DNA of 50,354 nucleotides from IMG/VR virus record IMGVR_UViG_3300020138_000002, positions 1 to 50,354 of that record. One strand, 5' to 3'. The stretch comes from a virus. Positions within the stretch are counted from its first letter, which is position 1; the number at the start of each line of letters is the position of its first letter. The position numbers and the translations under genes were made by a program. Under the pieces are notes generated by a model. The model had not been told where the DNA came from and did no database searches. It saw only the letters and a program-made list of their open reading frames with translations. Positions 8,349 through 17,527 of the stretch are shown here, in pieces.

Positions 8349-10697
8349 TCACTTGTATTTCGCGATCGTGTCTTCGATTGTTCTGCGAAGCCGTTCCGGG
8401 TCGCCGCCGTCGATATTGATCGTGATGTCGATCTTGCGGTTGTCGTCGCTGCTGCCTGTTTGGGGACCGGCGGCGAGGATCTGCGTCAGTCCGGATTCCT
8501 GCGCGAGCTGTCGGGCACGGTCGGGCCGGGTCAACGGGATGACCACCTCTTTACCGGCTTCGCCGATCATCGCGTAGGTGGTGCTGGTGACGATGCCACC
8601 GTTCGCAAATCCGATCCACGACCCGGCTTCGTCCAGGGCGTTACCGATCGCATCGCCGATGTTTCCAGCGAGGTCACCGATCGCGTCCATGATCTGACCA
8701 GGAAGATCCTTAAACCACTGGACGACATCGCCGAGCCAATCCTTCAGACGATCGAACACGTCCTTAATGTCCTCGATCTTGTCGACGATCCAGTCGATCG
8801 CGCTGCCGAACTCTCCGGTGATGGCGGTGGCGACGTCACTGATCACGCTGATGACGGGGCTGACGACCGACACGATCCCCGACACGATGCCGATAAACGA
8901 CTGAATAACACCGACGACGATCTTGAACCCCTCGATCAGGAGACTGAGGCCGCCGCTGATCACGTCGGCGATCACCGGCAGCAAGTCCTCAAAGATCGGG
9001 ATGAGTGTGTCGGCTACCTGATCGATCAGCTCCAACAGCGGGGGTAGGAGCTGCTCGGTGATCATGTCGCCCATCTCGGTCAGCACCGGGATGAGCGATT
9101 CGGCGAGAGTCTCGTAAAACGTCGCGAAAATCGGGGTGAGACGTTCAATGATCCCGGCGAGCGTGCCGAAGATCGGGGTGAGAATCGAAACGAAGATATC
9201 GGCGAGCGTCTCGATCACCGGCAGCATCGGTTCGAGCACGCTTGTCAAGAGACCAGTGAATGCGGCGATCACCGGGGCGACAGCTTGCGCGATCCCGCCG
9301 ATCAGGTTGCCGACGATGCCGACGAGCTCACCCAGCACCGGAAGAACTGGTGCGACGGCGTCGAGGATGCTTCCGATCGCGCCCGCGATCGATTGGAGCG
9401 CACCGGAATCAGCGATCGCCGCGATCGCGCCGCCGAGCGCGTCGACGACGGTCTCGATCGCGGGCGCGAGTGTCGTTACGACGTCGGCGATGACCGACCC
9501 GAGTGGTGTCAATGCGGTGGCGACGGAGGCCAGAAGCGGGCCGATCGCAGACCCGATCGCCGCCAACGCCTCAAACAGTCCACTAAGGAATTCTTGGCCT
9601 TCGGTCGATTCGAGGAACCGGTCGACCTCACCGAAGACCTTCTCAAGCGTGTCAAGCAGCCCACCGCCCTCAGCGGACGCGGCGCCGAACACGGTCCCGA
9701 AAATCGACCCGACCGCCCCGATAATGCGACCGAGCTGCGAAAACAGTTCAAGCGCGCCCCGAACCCACTCGACAGCCTCACCAGACTCGGCCGCCTCGTC
9801 GAGAAATGCCGCGAAGTCATCGATGACGCCACCGAGTCCGTCGCCGAAATCGAACGCCTCACCGACGACCGTTCCGATATTGAGCAGCGCGTCGAAGAGC
9901 CGCGCGGTCGGCTCAGTAATATCCTCAATGATGTCCTTAAGCGACGCAAACGCGGTGTCGACGAACCCGACAGCGTTATCGCTGGAAGCAACGTCGGCGA
10001 GCGCGTCCACGAGACCGGACGCAGCAGACGCAGCCCCAGTCATTCCCTCCCGGACAGGCCCGATCAACGCAGACGCGACACTGTCCAGATTGTCGGCGAA
10101 CCCGGAGAAGAACTCCTCCTGAACCGCCTCACGCAACGACTGGAACTCCGGCGACAGTCCACGCAACGCCCGAGCCGCCTCCTGCGCGGACGGCGCCAAC
10201 CCATCCAGACTCTCCTCGAACTCGTCGGCGTCACCGGTGACGGCGGCCTCGAACGCGTCACCCACACCCGCCAAAGCCACCCGGAATGTGGACATTCCCG
10301 CGGCTGCGACACCCGCCACCGCAGGTAGAGCCGCGAGCGCACCGACAGCCGGAGCCAACGCCGTCACCAGCCCGGCCGCCGCCGCCGCCAACCCACCGAT
10401 CGCGCCCGCCATCGCCGTGATGCGGCCCGCGCTCCCCAACGCTCCACCGATGTTCGGGATGCGGAGGTTGCTGAGTCCGCGCCGGAACCCGTCGGAGTAG
10501 GCGTCGCCTGCGTCGCGACCGGCGCGAGCGAACCGTCCTCGTGCGTCCCGGAGTCGCCCGTTGGCGTCGCGGAATAGTCCCGGTTCGATTTCGACGGTGA
10601 TCTTCTCATCACGGTGTCGATTAAGGATTCGTTGTAGTGACGGCCCGAATGTCGAACCGTCCGCGACGACATCTGCGGCTACCTCACCAACAGGCAC
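8349..10697 (-). CDS. tape measure protein (782 aa)
   Basis: Longest tail-block ORF. It has long Ala/Gly/Ile/Leu-rich helical repeats and the C-terminal motif GFANGGIVTSTTYAMIGEAGKEVVIPL, typical of actinophage tape measures. GTG start at 10697 after a G-rich RBS. Two chaperone genes precede it. Confidence 0.9.
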   Translation of the reverse strand: MPVGEVAADVVADGSTFGPSLQRILNRHRDEKITVEIEPGLFRDANGRLRDARGRFARAGRDAGDAYSDGFRRGLSNLRIPNIGGALGSAGRITAMAGAIGGLAAAAAGLVTALAPAVGALAALPAVAGVAAAGMSTFRVALAGVGDAFEAAVTGDADEFEESLDGLAPSAQEAARALRGLSPEFQSLREAVQEEFFSGFADNLDSVASALIGPVREGMTGAASAASGLVDALADVASSDNAVGFVDTAFASLKDIIEDITEPTARLFDALLNIGTVVGEAFDFGDGLGGVIDDFAAFLDEAAESGEAVEWVRGALELFSQLGRIIGAVGSIFGTVFGAASAEGGGLLDTLEKVFGEVDRFLESTEGQEFLSGLFEALAAIGSAIGPLLASVATALTPLGSVIADVVTTLAPAIETVVDALGGAIAAIADSGALQSIAGAIGSILDAVAPVLPVLGELVGIVGNLIGGIAQAVAPVIAAFTGLLTSVLEPMLPVIETLADIFVSILTPIFGTLAGIIERLTPIFATFYETLAESLIPVLTEMGDMITEQLLPPLLELIDQVADTLIPIFEDLLPVIADVISGGLSLLIEGFKIVVGVIQSFIGIVSGIVSVVSPVISVISDVATAITGEFGSAIDWIVDKIEDIKDVFDRLKDWLGDVVQWFKDLPGQIMDAIGDLAGNIGDAIGNALDEAGSWIGFANGGIVTSTTYAMIGEAGKEVVIPLTRPDRARQLAQESGLTQILAAGPQTGSSDDNRKIDITINIDGGDPERLRRTIEDTIAKYK

Positions 10698-10709
10698 CTA
10701 CTCACCCCC

Positions 10710-11282
10710 CTATCCCCCTATCTCCCTCGCGAGTGCATCGAACTCGGCGCTGGCCCGGCGACGCACCGCCGTCAGCGACCCCGCCCCCGGAAGACACTTC
10801 GGCTCGATTGGCAGCGGATACTCCAGAGCCCTCTCCACGTATGCCCGATGCTCAGCGGACGCCCCATCAGTGATCACGTGACGGGTCGCGGCGATGACAC
10901 GCCACAGCTGGTCACGGGACGGGTCGATCCCCATCGCGGTGATCCGACCGGCGATCGTCAACCAGTCCCTGACCATCGCTGCGGACATGTGCATCATGAT
11001 CCGCCATGCGACGATGTCGTCGCCGCACCCCGACAGTCGCGTCGTGAGGATGATCGCGGCTTTCGTCAGGTCGGTGTCGTCGAAGTCGTCGTCGAGGTCG
11101 GCGATCCGGTCCCGCAGCACGGACGGGAGGTCGAACAGTTTCTGCGCTAGGACCCCCCATTGCGCGGTCGACGCGTAGTAGGCGATCGTCGGCGCGGGAA
11201 CGAACCGGACGTCGACGACCGCCCCGGCGATGCTGATCCGGCACGGCAGCGTGACCGGCCCTCCCGGATACAGCTCCCCCAT
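10710..11282 (-). CDS. tail assembly chaperone (190 aa)
   Basis: Immediately upstream of the tape measure. Acidic helical protein (DLDDDFDDTDL...GIDPSRDQLW), typical of gpG/T-like chaperones. Confidence 0.55.
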   Translation of the reverse strand: MGELYPGGPVTLPCRISIAGAVVDVRFVPAPTIAYYASTAQWGVLAQKLFDLPSVLRDRIADLDDDFDDTDLTKAAIILTTRLSGCGDDIVAWRIMMHMSAAMVRDWLTIAGRITAMGIDPSRDQLWRVIAATRHVITDGASAEHRAYVERALEYPLPIEPKCLPGAGSLTAVRRRASAEFDALAREIGG

Positions 11283-11286
11283 CGGA

Positions 11287-11907
11287 TCATCCCTGCCCGG
11301 CGTGCTGCGAATGTTTCGCGTGGCTCCCGCCGCCGCGTTTGTTCGCGGGGCGACGGGTCACCTGTCCGGGGTTCTGTTGGTTCCGTGCTGCTGGTGGTTT
11401 GGGTGCGCGCGCGGCCGACCGAACCGAATCGGTCTCCTGCCAGTGCGCGATCAGGTTAGCCACGAGCATGATCACGTTGTCGATGTCGAGGTCGTCGGAC
11501 GGGTTCGGGTCGTGCTCGAACTCGAGATACGTGACGCCGTTCGCGTCGTTGTCGTCGATGTCGCCGTAGAGACGCCGACGGATATCCGCGTAGTCGTCCG
11601 GGTTGTCCAGAGCGACGTGCAGGTACCGCCACACGGCCGTCATCGCCGACTGGATTTGCTCGGCGGTCAGTTCGATCGGTTTGGTGGTGGTGCGGGGTTT
11701 CGCGGCGCCCTGCCGGGGACGTCGAGGTGACGCCGCCTCAGTGTGCTGGCTGATGTACGCCGCCAAACGCATGATTTCGGTTTTCGGGGTGCCCGAGACG
11801 ATCGATTTCGGTCGCCTGACGGGGTATCGGATCCCGACCAGGTCGACCCATTCGAGTGTCCGTGTCGTCGGCTCGATAGTGATTGCGATAGGGACTTCGT
11901 CGTCCAC
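11287..11907 (-). CDS. tail assembly chaperone-like protein with a basic disordered tail (206 aa)
   Basis: Second ORF upstream of the tape measure. It has an acidic helical core (DNPDDYADIRRRLYGDIDDNDANG) followed by a Lys/Arg/Pro-rich C-terminus. Only a 4-nt gap separates it from the next gene, and I saw no overlapping -1 frame. Confidence 0.45.
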   Translation of the reverse strand: MDDEVPIAITIEPTTRTLEWVDLVGIRYPVRRPKSIVSGTPKTEIMRLAAYISQHTEAASPRRPRQGAAKPRTTTKPIELTAEQIQSAMTAVWRYLHVALDNPDDYADIRRRLYGDIDDNDANGVTYLEFEHDPNPSDDLDIDNVIMLVANLIAHWQETDSVRSAARAPKPPAARNQQNPGQVTRRPANKRGGGSHAKHSQHAGQG

Positions 11908-11949
11908 GTTCGGTGTCTCCCTCGTAGATGGTGTGGTGGGTGTGATTAT

Positions 11950-12441
11950 CTACGTGCCCGTGACGCGGGTCCCCGGAGGCGACATCGCCTGGATATCCCA
12001 ACCGGGGTGTTGCGCGAGGGTCTCCCGGATCGCGTTGGCGATGAACGGGTCGGGGCGGATGCCCTGCGAGCGTTTCGCGAACACGTACCCGGCGCCGCCC
12101 GGTGACGCGACGCCGCGGCCGCCGCGCCACCGCAGCGCCTTCCGACGGACCGGCACAATGTCCCTGCCCTGCGGGCCGTGACGTCCGGTGCCCTCGTGGT
12201 GAAGTTGCCACAGGTACCGTCCGCTGTCCCCGGCCTGGACGTTGCTCGACACGTGCACGGTGACGGTCGTACCGGTCACCTCGGTGTCGAGGGCCCACGA
12301 GTTCGCCAGCCGTCCTGAGTCGCGTGGGCTCGTCTGGACGAGTTTGTTACGCAGCGTGTTGGCGACGTCTTCGGCTGCTTGGCGGGCGATCCGCAGCGCT
12401 TCACGGGCGGCCTCGTCGTAGTTGACGCGCGCGTACCCCAT
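11950..12441 (-). CDS. HK97 gp10-like head-tail joining / neck protein (163 aa)
   Basis: Start trimmed to ATG 12441, which forms an ATGA overlap with the upstream stop codon. RLANSWALDTEVTGTTVTVHVSSNVQAGDSGRYLWQLHHEGTG...GIRPDPFIANAI matches the gp10-family layout as I recall it. Confidence 0.6.
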   Translation of the reverse strand: MGYARVNYDEAAREALRIARQAAEDVANTLRNKLVQTSPRDSGRLANSWALDTEVTGTTVTVHVSSNVQAGDSGRYLWQLHHEGTGRHGPQGRDIVPVRRKALRWRGGRGVASPGGAGYVFAKRSQGIRPDPFIANAIRETLAQHPGWDIQAMSPPGTRVTGT

Positions 12442-12953
12442 CAGGTCGGCCGCCGGAATCGGACCGTCGTGATCCCGCCGACGGCCATGGACTGCGGTCC
12501 GTACGGACGCCACGCCGTGACTGTCATCCGGGGGCGTCGGATCGATGCCGCCGCCGCCGCGACTGCCTGACGGTCCCACTCGACCTGAAGCGTTTCGGCG
12601 GCGATGACCTCCGGGTCAGGTAGTGACACGTCATCGGGTCCGGTGACGGTGTGGCACCGTAGGACCCCGATTTCGACGTCCACCCACAGGAGCGGTGTGC
12701 ATGGTGTCGTCGTGGTCGCGGTTTCTTGGACGGTTCGGATCCACACGCGGCCTTGCGAGTCGGGTCCGCGTAGGTCTGCGCCGCGTTGCGTCGGTGACTG
12801 GGCGACGATCACGTCGTACCGGCACGCCGCCGCACCCCGGCATTCCATCTCGGTTTCGATGGCGGCGGCGAGACGCTGCATGACCTGGTAGGTGACGCCG
12901 ACCCGTTGCATCGATGTCACCACTTCGGTGCCGTTGTCGGCGGTGAATGTCAT
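12441..12953 (-). CDS. head-tail connector protein (170 aa)
   Basis: Start trimmed to ATG 12953 with RBS GGAGG, 8 nt upstream. It forms an ATGA overlap with the amidase stop codon. The Cys/Trp pattern (CRYDVIVAQ...LLWVDVEIGVLRCH...WRPYGPQSMAVGG) resembles connector proteins of actinophages. Confidence 0.5.
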   Translation of the reverse strand: MTFTADNGTEVVTSMQRVGVTYQVMQRLAAAIETEMECRGAAACRYDVIVAQSPTQRGADLRGPDSQGRVWIRTVQETATTTTPCTPLLWVDVEIGVLRCHTVTGPDDVSLPDPEVIAAETLQVEWDRQAVAAAAASIRRPRMTVTAWRPYGPQSMAVGGITTVRFRRPT

Positions 12954-14590
12954 CCGGACAACCTCCATCCGGGCTGGTACAGGGTGTCGTACCACGGGCG
13001 AAGCCGCTCAAACGTGCGCGCGGCGGCGAGAACGCGCTCGTCGGACAGGCGTGGTCCGACGATCTGCATTCCGATGGGGAGACCGTCATAGCACCCGGCC
13101 GGGATACTGACGGCCGGTTCACCCGTGAAATTCTGCAAGCAGGTGCAGCACCAGCCGATGTTCGGGTCGACCGCGACGCCGCCGACGGTGGACGGGCCGA
13201 CGGTGGACCCGTCACCGGCGTTGATCAACTGCTGTGGGAGTGCGGCGAGTGTCGGGCCGATGATCAGGTCATACCCGTTCGGATCACCGTTGACGCGCCA
13301 CGCCGCATCGAACGCCGACCTGATCGCCTGGGTGTCGGACTCGATGTCGCGGATCCTGGTCGCGGGAAGTGATTGCCCGAGCTGGACAAGCTCGTACCAT
13401 TCCGGCGTGAGTTTCTCTGGCGCTGCGAGGACATCGATGCCGAAACCGGCGAAATAGTTGACGACACCACCCGCATAGAGTGTCCCCATTGATTCGTTCC
13501 ACCACGTCGACACATCACCCTGGGTGAGCGGTTCGCCGGTGGTGTGAATGATCGCCTCGTCGAGACCGAGGTGGACCCCGGTCTCGACGACTGCTCCGGC
13601 CTGCTCGAACACGCACCCGACCTGGTTGATCACGTCGCGGATCGGCTGTTCGACGGGGTAAATGTCCCACGTGTCGGTGATCCCGATGCGAAGGCCTCGG
13701 ACGCCGCGCTCTAGTTGCGCCTCGAAGTTGTACCCGGTCGACGACGACGGGACACCCGAGAAATTGGGCTTCGTGACGCTGAACGGGTCGGGTGGGTACG
13801 GCTGGACCATGAGGTCGGCCATGACCGCGACACCGTACACAGTCCGATCCATCGGTCCTGAGTGGAGGAACGGGTTGACGGGGAACGGCGGCACACCCTG
13901 CGGAATCAGACCAGCAGTCGCCTTGAAACCGACGATTCCGGTCGGCGCGGCGGGGATACGGATCGAACCGCCCGCGTCGGATCCCTCCGCCGACGCGACC
14001 ATGAACGACGCGAGCGCGGCGGACGCGCCACCCGACGAACCGCCAGGATTCAGACCGAGCCGGAGCGGGTTCTGCGTGTCACCCCACGCCGGTGACGCTG
14101 TGATTCCCTTGTGCCCGAACTCTGGGGTGGCGGTTTTACCCAGGCTGATCGCGCCCGCGTCGAGCAAACGCATCACGTAGATCGCGGTGTACGGCGGCAG
14201 GAACGGGTAGTACGTCGGAGGTGGATTCGTGGCGCTCTCGGGCGCGAACATGGCGCTGCCGAACGTGTTCGGAACGTTCATCTCCCAATCGAAAAGATCC
14301 TTCGTCGCGATCGGGAGACCTTCGAGCTTGCGGGCGGTCCCGTTGTCGTACCGCTCATCGGCTAGTACGGCCGCCGCCCGAGCCTCATCGAACTGGGTGT
14401 GAACGAACGCGTTGACAAGCGGATTCAGCCTCTCGATCCGGCCAATGTACGCCTCTAGGGCGTCGACGACGCGGATCTGACGCGTCCTGAAATACGAGAG
14501 AAGGCGCTGCATCGGGAGGTACGCAATGTCTTCGCCGGTTGGCGGGTTAGGTGCACACGCATTCCACGAAGGTCCACATTGAAAAGTCAT
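12950..14590 (-). CDS. amidase-signature (AS) family amidase, GatA-like fold (546 aa)
   Basis: Complete AS signature GGSSGGASAALASFMVASAEGSDAGGSIRIPAAPTGIVGFKATAGLIP, plus the upstream catalytic-Lys context LPIATKDLF. These are the Ser-cisSer-Lys triad positions. Translationally coupled to both neighbours. Confidence 0.85.
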   Translation of the reverse strand: MTFQCGPSWNACAPNPPTGEDIAYLPMQRLLSYFRTRQIRVVDALEAYIGRIERLNPLVNAFVHTQFDEARAAAVLADERYDNGTARKLEGLPIATKDLFDWEMNVPNTFGSAMFAPESATNPPPTYYPFLPPYTAIYVMRLLDAGAISLGKTATPEFGHKGITASPAWGDTQNPLRLGLNPGGSSGGASAALASFMVASAEGSDAGGSIRIPAAPTGIVGFKATAGLIPQGVPPFPVNPFLHSGPMDRTVYGVAVMADLMVQPYPPDPFSVTKPNFSGVPSSSTGYNFEAQLERGVRGLRIGITDTWDIYPVEQPIRDVINQVGCVFEQAGAVVETGVHLGLDEAIIHTTGEPLTQGDVSTWWNESMGTLYAGGVVNYFAGFGIDVLAAPEKLTPEWYELVQLGQSLPATRIRDIESDTQAIRSAFDAAWRVNGDPNGYDLIIGPTLAALPQQLINAGDGSTVGPSTVGGVAVDPNIGWCCTCLQNFTGEPAVSIPAGCYDGLPIGMQIVGPRLSDERVLAAARTFERLRPWYDTLYQPGWRLSG

Positions 14591-14592
14591 GG

Positions 14593-14805
14593 TTAGTCCC
14601 TAGGGTTCGGGTAGCCGAGGAAACGGATGTGAATGTTTTGACAGGTCGGATACTCCGAACCGCGCGGAACCTTCCCGCGAAGCTCCCGAGCACACCGGGT
14701 CAGATCACCGTCAGTGCCCCACCGGATCTCCCTACCGCCAGGGCCGGTAGTCCAATACCGGTACAGCGCGGCAGGCATCCGGAACTGCTGCGGATCGATG
14801 CTCAT
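14593..14805 (-). CDS. small conserved virion-module protein (70 aa), function unknown
   Basis: The ORF overlaps the adaptor stop codon by 4 nt. Sequence YWTTGPGGREIRWGTDGDLTRCARELRGKV...CQNIH resembles a small family I recall from actinophage head modules. Confidence 0.5.
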   Translation of the reverse strand: MSIDPQQFRMPAALYRYWTTGPGGREIRWGTDGDLTRCARELRGKVPRGSEYPTCQNIHIRFLGYPNPRD

Positions 14806-15506
14806 AGGCCCATCCCTCCAATGTCTCGGTACGGCCGGTGATGATCGGCAACGAACACGGCGGCCTGACGCTCAGCCCGGAACGGGTTGACGGTCTGCAA
14901 CCAGTCGTCGACAGCAGGAATCGACAGGTAGTCGGCAGCGGTGGCGTCCGGCGGCTGGTACTGGTACGACGCGCCGTCCATAGTCGCCGACTGGAGACGA
15001 CGTGAGGACACGCCGCACTGCCTAGCGCATTCACGCGCCAGTTGAGCGACGAGCGCAGTCACGGCACGCGACGCCAATGGCGTCACCGGCGACCCTTCCA
15101 GGTAGGTGATGTCCCACGTCCCGGGCATCGTCGCGTCAAGCGACAGGTCCTGGCAGGGCGGGAAACACCAGCCGTCGGCGAGGACGATCGTCCCGTCCGA
15201 GTAGAGACGCCATGCCTGGCGGGGGACGTGCTCACCGTGGATACGGATGCGTTCCACGCACGTCACCTGACCGTTCCCTACCCGGATCGAGCAGACCGGT
15301 GAGCACCCGCATACGCCCTGACACAGGTCACCCTGGTCGCTGCGGCATGGACGGACCGTGTACCGGCATTGGCCTACGGTCCGTCCGCTCGCCGCCCACA
15401 GCATGCTCGACGCCATGGGTAGGAACCGGTCGATGACGTCGGGGTCCGTGGGCCAGTCGTCGGGGACGCACGTCTCGTCTAGCGGCCACGGCTCACACGT
15501 CGTCAC
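14802..15506 (-). CDS. head-to-tail adaptor (234 aa)
   Basis: N-terminus MTTCEPWPLDETCVPDDWP...ASSMLWAASGRTVGQCRYTVRPC is the characteristic C-x-WP...C...LW..SGR..G.C...VRPC pattern of actinophage adaptors. Confidence 0.7.
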   Translation of the reverse strand: MTTCEPWPLDETCVPDDWPTDPDVIDRFLPMASSMLWAASGRTVGQCRYTVRPCRSDQGDLCQGVCGCSPVCSIRVGNGQVTCVERIRIHGEHVPRQAWRLYSDGTIVLADGWCFPPCQDLSLDATMPGTWDITYLEGSPVTPLASRAVTALVAQLARECARQCGVSSRRLQSATMDGASYQYQPPDATAADYLSIPAVDDWLQTVNPFRAERQAAVFVADHHRPYRDIGGMGL

Positions 15507-15553
15507 CGGTTCCTCCCCTCCCCTCTGTCTATTCGTTTCGAGCGATGGCGGCG

Positions 15554-17527
15554 TTAGCTTTTCTTCTTCGACCGTTTCGCGGTGGCCGACTCGGCCAGTG
15601 CGGCCGCAGTGGTCGCCGTGACCGACGCCGACGGCTCCGAATCCGTGTACTCGGTGCCGTCGCCGATCGCGGTCACACGCAGCTGGTACTCCGTCGCCGC
15701 CGTCAACCCGGTCGCCGAACCCGCCGGGTCCGTCGGCTCGGTCTCATCCGCCGTCCACGTCGTCCCATCAGCCGACGACTCGATCCGGTACGCGGTCGCA
15801 TTCGTCACGGCGTCCCACGTCAGCGGGACCTCTGTGGCGGTCGGCGTCCCAGCGGCGACACCAGTGGGCGCGCCCAACTGGACCGGCTCTGGCGGTGGCG
15901 CCTCCGTGACCGTGATCGTCACGTCCGGACTGGTGACGCCGCCGAGCGTGGCGCGCGCAATGTACTCGCCCGCCGCCGTACCGGCCGGGATGACCAGCGC
16001 CGTCGCGGGGAATGCGCCGGAGGCGTCAGCGGTGACGTCGGCACCGACGATCTCGTCGGTCTCCGTGGCGATCCCGACCCGACCGGTCGAATCGGCCGGG
16101 AATCCGGTGCCGCTGATCGTGACCGTGTCACCCGGCTCCGCTTCGGTCACATCGGGCGTGATCTGCGGGTCCGGTGGCGGCGTGGACGTCACCGTCAGAT
16201 CCACGTCGTCGACGGTCACACCCTCGTATTCGGCGTGGACCGTGTACGCCCCGGCGGCCTGCCCAGCGGGTACGACCAGTGGCGTATCCGGTAGGACACC
16301 GGTGGCGTCCGTGGTGACGTCGGCGCCGACGACTTCGGCCGCGGCGTCGTCCATGATGCTGACGCGACCCGCAAGATCGGTCGGGAAGTCGGTGCCGGAT
16401 GCGGTCACGGTTCGGGCGGCTTCGTCACCGCCCGAGTCGACCTCGGTCGGGGACGCGGTGAACACCGGCTCGACGGGCGGCGTGGACGTGACCGTCAACG
16501 CGACATCGTCGACGACGACGCCCTCATATTCGGCGTGGACGTGGTAGTCGCCCGCCTCCTGACCAGCCGGAACGACCAGCGGAGTCGACGGCAGAACACC
16601 ATCGGGGCCGGTCGTGACGTCCGCCCCGACGACTTCCGTGCCGCCTGATCCCGGTGCGCCGGTCATGATGCTGACGCGTCCGGCGAGGTCGGCGGTGAAC
16701 CCGGTGCCGTCGACGGTGACGGTACGTCCGGCCTCATCATCCGCGGAGTCGACCGTGGTCGGTGCGGCGGTGAGGACGGGCTCGGCCGGGGTCTCCGTCA
16801 CAGTGATCGTGACGTCCGGCGACGTCGCATCGCCGACGGTCGCCCGCAACGCAAGGTCACCGGCAGCCGTTCCGGCGGGGACGACGAGCGGCGTTCCGGC
16901 GAATGCGCCGTCGGCGTCGGTCGTGACCAGAGCTTCGACGACCGCCGTACCGTCGCCCGCGTACAGGCCGACGGTCCCGGACGTGTCAGCGGGGAATCCG
17001 GTCCCGGATGCGGTGACGGTCCCACCTGGCTCGACCTCGGTCACATCCGACGTGACGATCGGATCCGGGGGCGTGACACCGGTGACGGTCAGTCCGGTGA
17101 GGTCGATGACGACCGCTCCACCGGACAGGACCAGGTGATATGCGCCTGGGTCCGCGTCGTCGGGGACGGTGAGCTCGGTCGACGGGATCGCTCCGACGGT
17201 GTCAGCGGTCACCGGGGTCTCGACCAGTACCGTTCCGCCTTCCGTTCCTGCGGGTCCGGCGACGATCGCGAGCGTCCCGGCCGATCCCGGCGCCAGACCG
17301 GACCCGTCGACGGTGACGGTGCCTCCCGGCGCAACCTCGGTGGCGTCAGCGGTCGTGACCAGGGGTACGGAGAACGGTGCATCAAGGACGGTTCCGGAAC
17401 CGACGGGTTCGCGCTCGAGCTCAGCTTCGGCGGGTGCCGGAGTCGGTGGGTAGGTCTTCGTATCGGTCCCCTGATCGGGGAGCCCGGTGATGGGCGGGTC
17501 GGTGTCCCACGTGAGCTGTACGGTCAT
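15554..17527 (-). CDS. virion surface protein: five tandem Ig-like repeats plus one FN3 domain and a basic tail (657 aa)
   Basis: Start trimmed to ATG 17527 with RBS GGAGAAGGAGGAGG, forming an ATGA overlap with the upstream gene. Five units of 90-100 aa follow the pattern TVT(A/V)(S/D)GTGFPAD..G.V......VVGADVTTD..G....TPLVVPAG.AAG.Y. Then comes an FN3-like LTWDAVTNATAYRIESSADGTTW...EYQLRVTAIG, ending in KRSKKKS. Confidence 0.75.
   Translation of the reverse strand: MTVQLTWDTDPPITGLPDQGTDTKTYPPTPAPAEAELEREPVGSGTVLDAPFSVPLVTTADATEVAPGGTVTVDGSGLAPGSAGTLAIVAGPAGTEGGTVLVETPVTADTVGAIPSTELTVPDDADPGAYHLVLSGGAVVIDLTGLTVTGVTPPDPIVTSDVTEVEPGGTVTASGTGFPADTSGTVGLYAGDGTAVVEALVTTDADGAFAGTPLVVPAGTAAGDLALRATVGDATSPDVTITVTETPAEPVLTAAPTTVDSADDEAGRTVTVDGTGFTADLAGRVSIMTGAPGSGGTEVVGADVTTGPDGVLPSTPLVVPAGQEAGDYHVHAEYEGVVVDDVALTVTSTPPVEPVFTASPTEVDSGGDEAARTVTASGTDFPTDLAGRVSIMDDAAAEVVGADVTTDATGVLPDTPLVVPAGQAAGAYTVHAEYEGVTVDDVDLTVTSTPPPDPQITPDVTEAEPGDTVTISGTGFPADSTGRVGIATETDEIVGADVTADASGAFPATALVIPAGTAAGEYIARATLGGVTSPDVTITVTEAPPPEPVQLGAPTGVAAGTPTATEVPLTWDAVTNATAYRIESSADGTTWTADETEPTDPAGSATGLTAATEYQLRVTAIGDGTEYTDSEPSASVTATTAAALAESATAKRSKKKS

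Noticed and set aside
9136-10328. 328-aa and 347-aa plus-strand ORFs
   Set aside because: Both are antisense to or out of frame with the tape measure gene. Their Ser/Ala/Pro- or Arg/Asp-rich low-complexity translations mirror the tape measure repeats. There are no start signals.
10710-11907. Programmed -1 frameshift (G/GT type) between the two chaperone-like genes
   Set aside because: The two ORFs are separated by 4 nt rather than overlapping. The downstream frame is +1, not -1, relative to the upstream one, and I saw no slippery heptamer near the junction. I treat them as separate genes. This needs checking, since +1/-2 shifts do exist.
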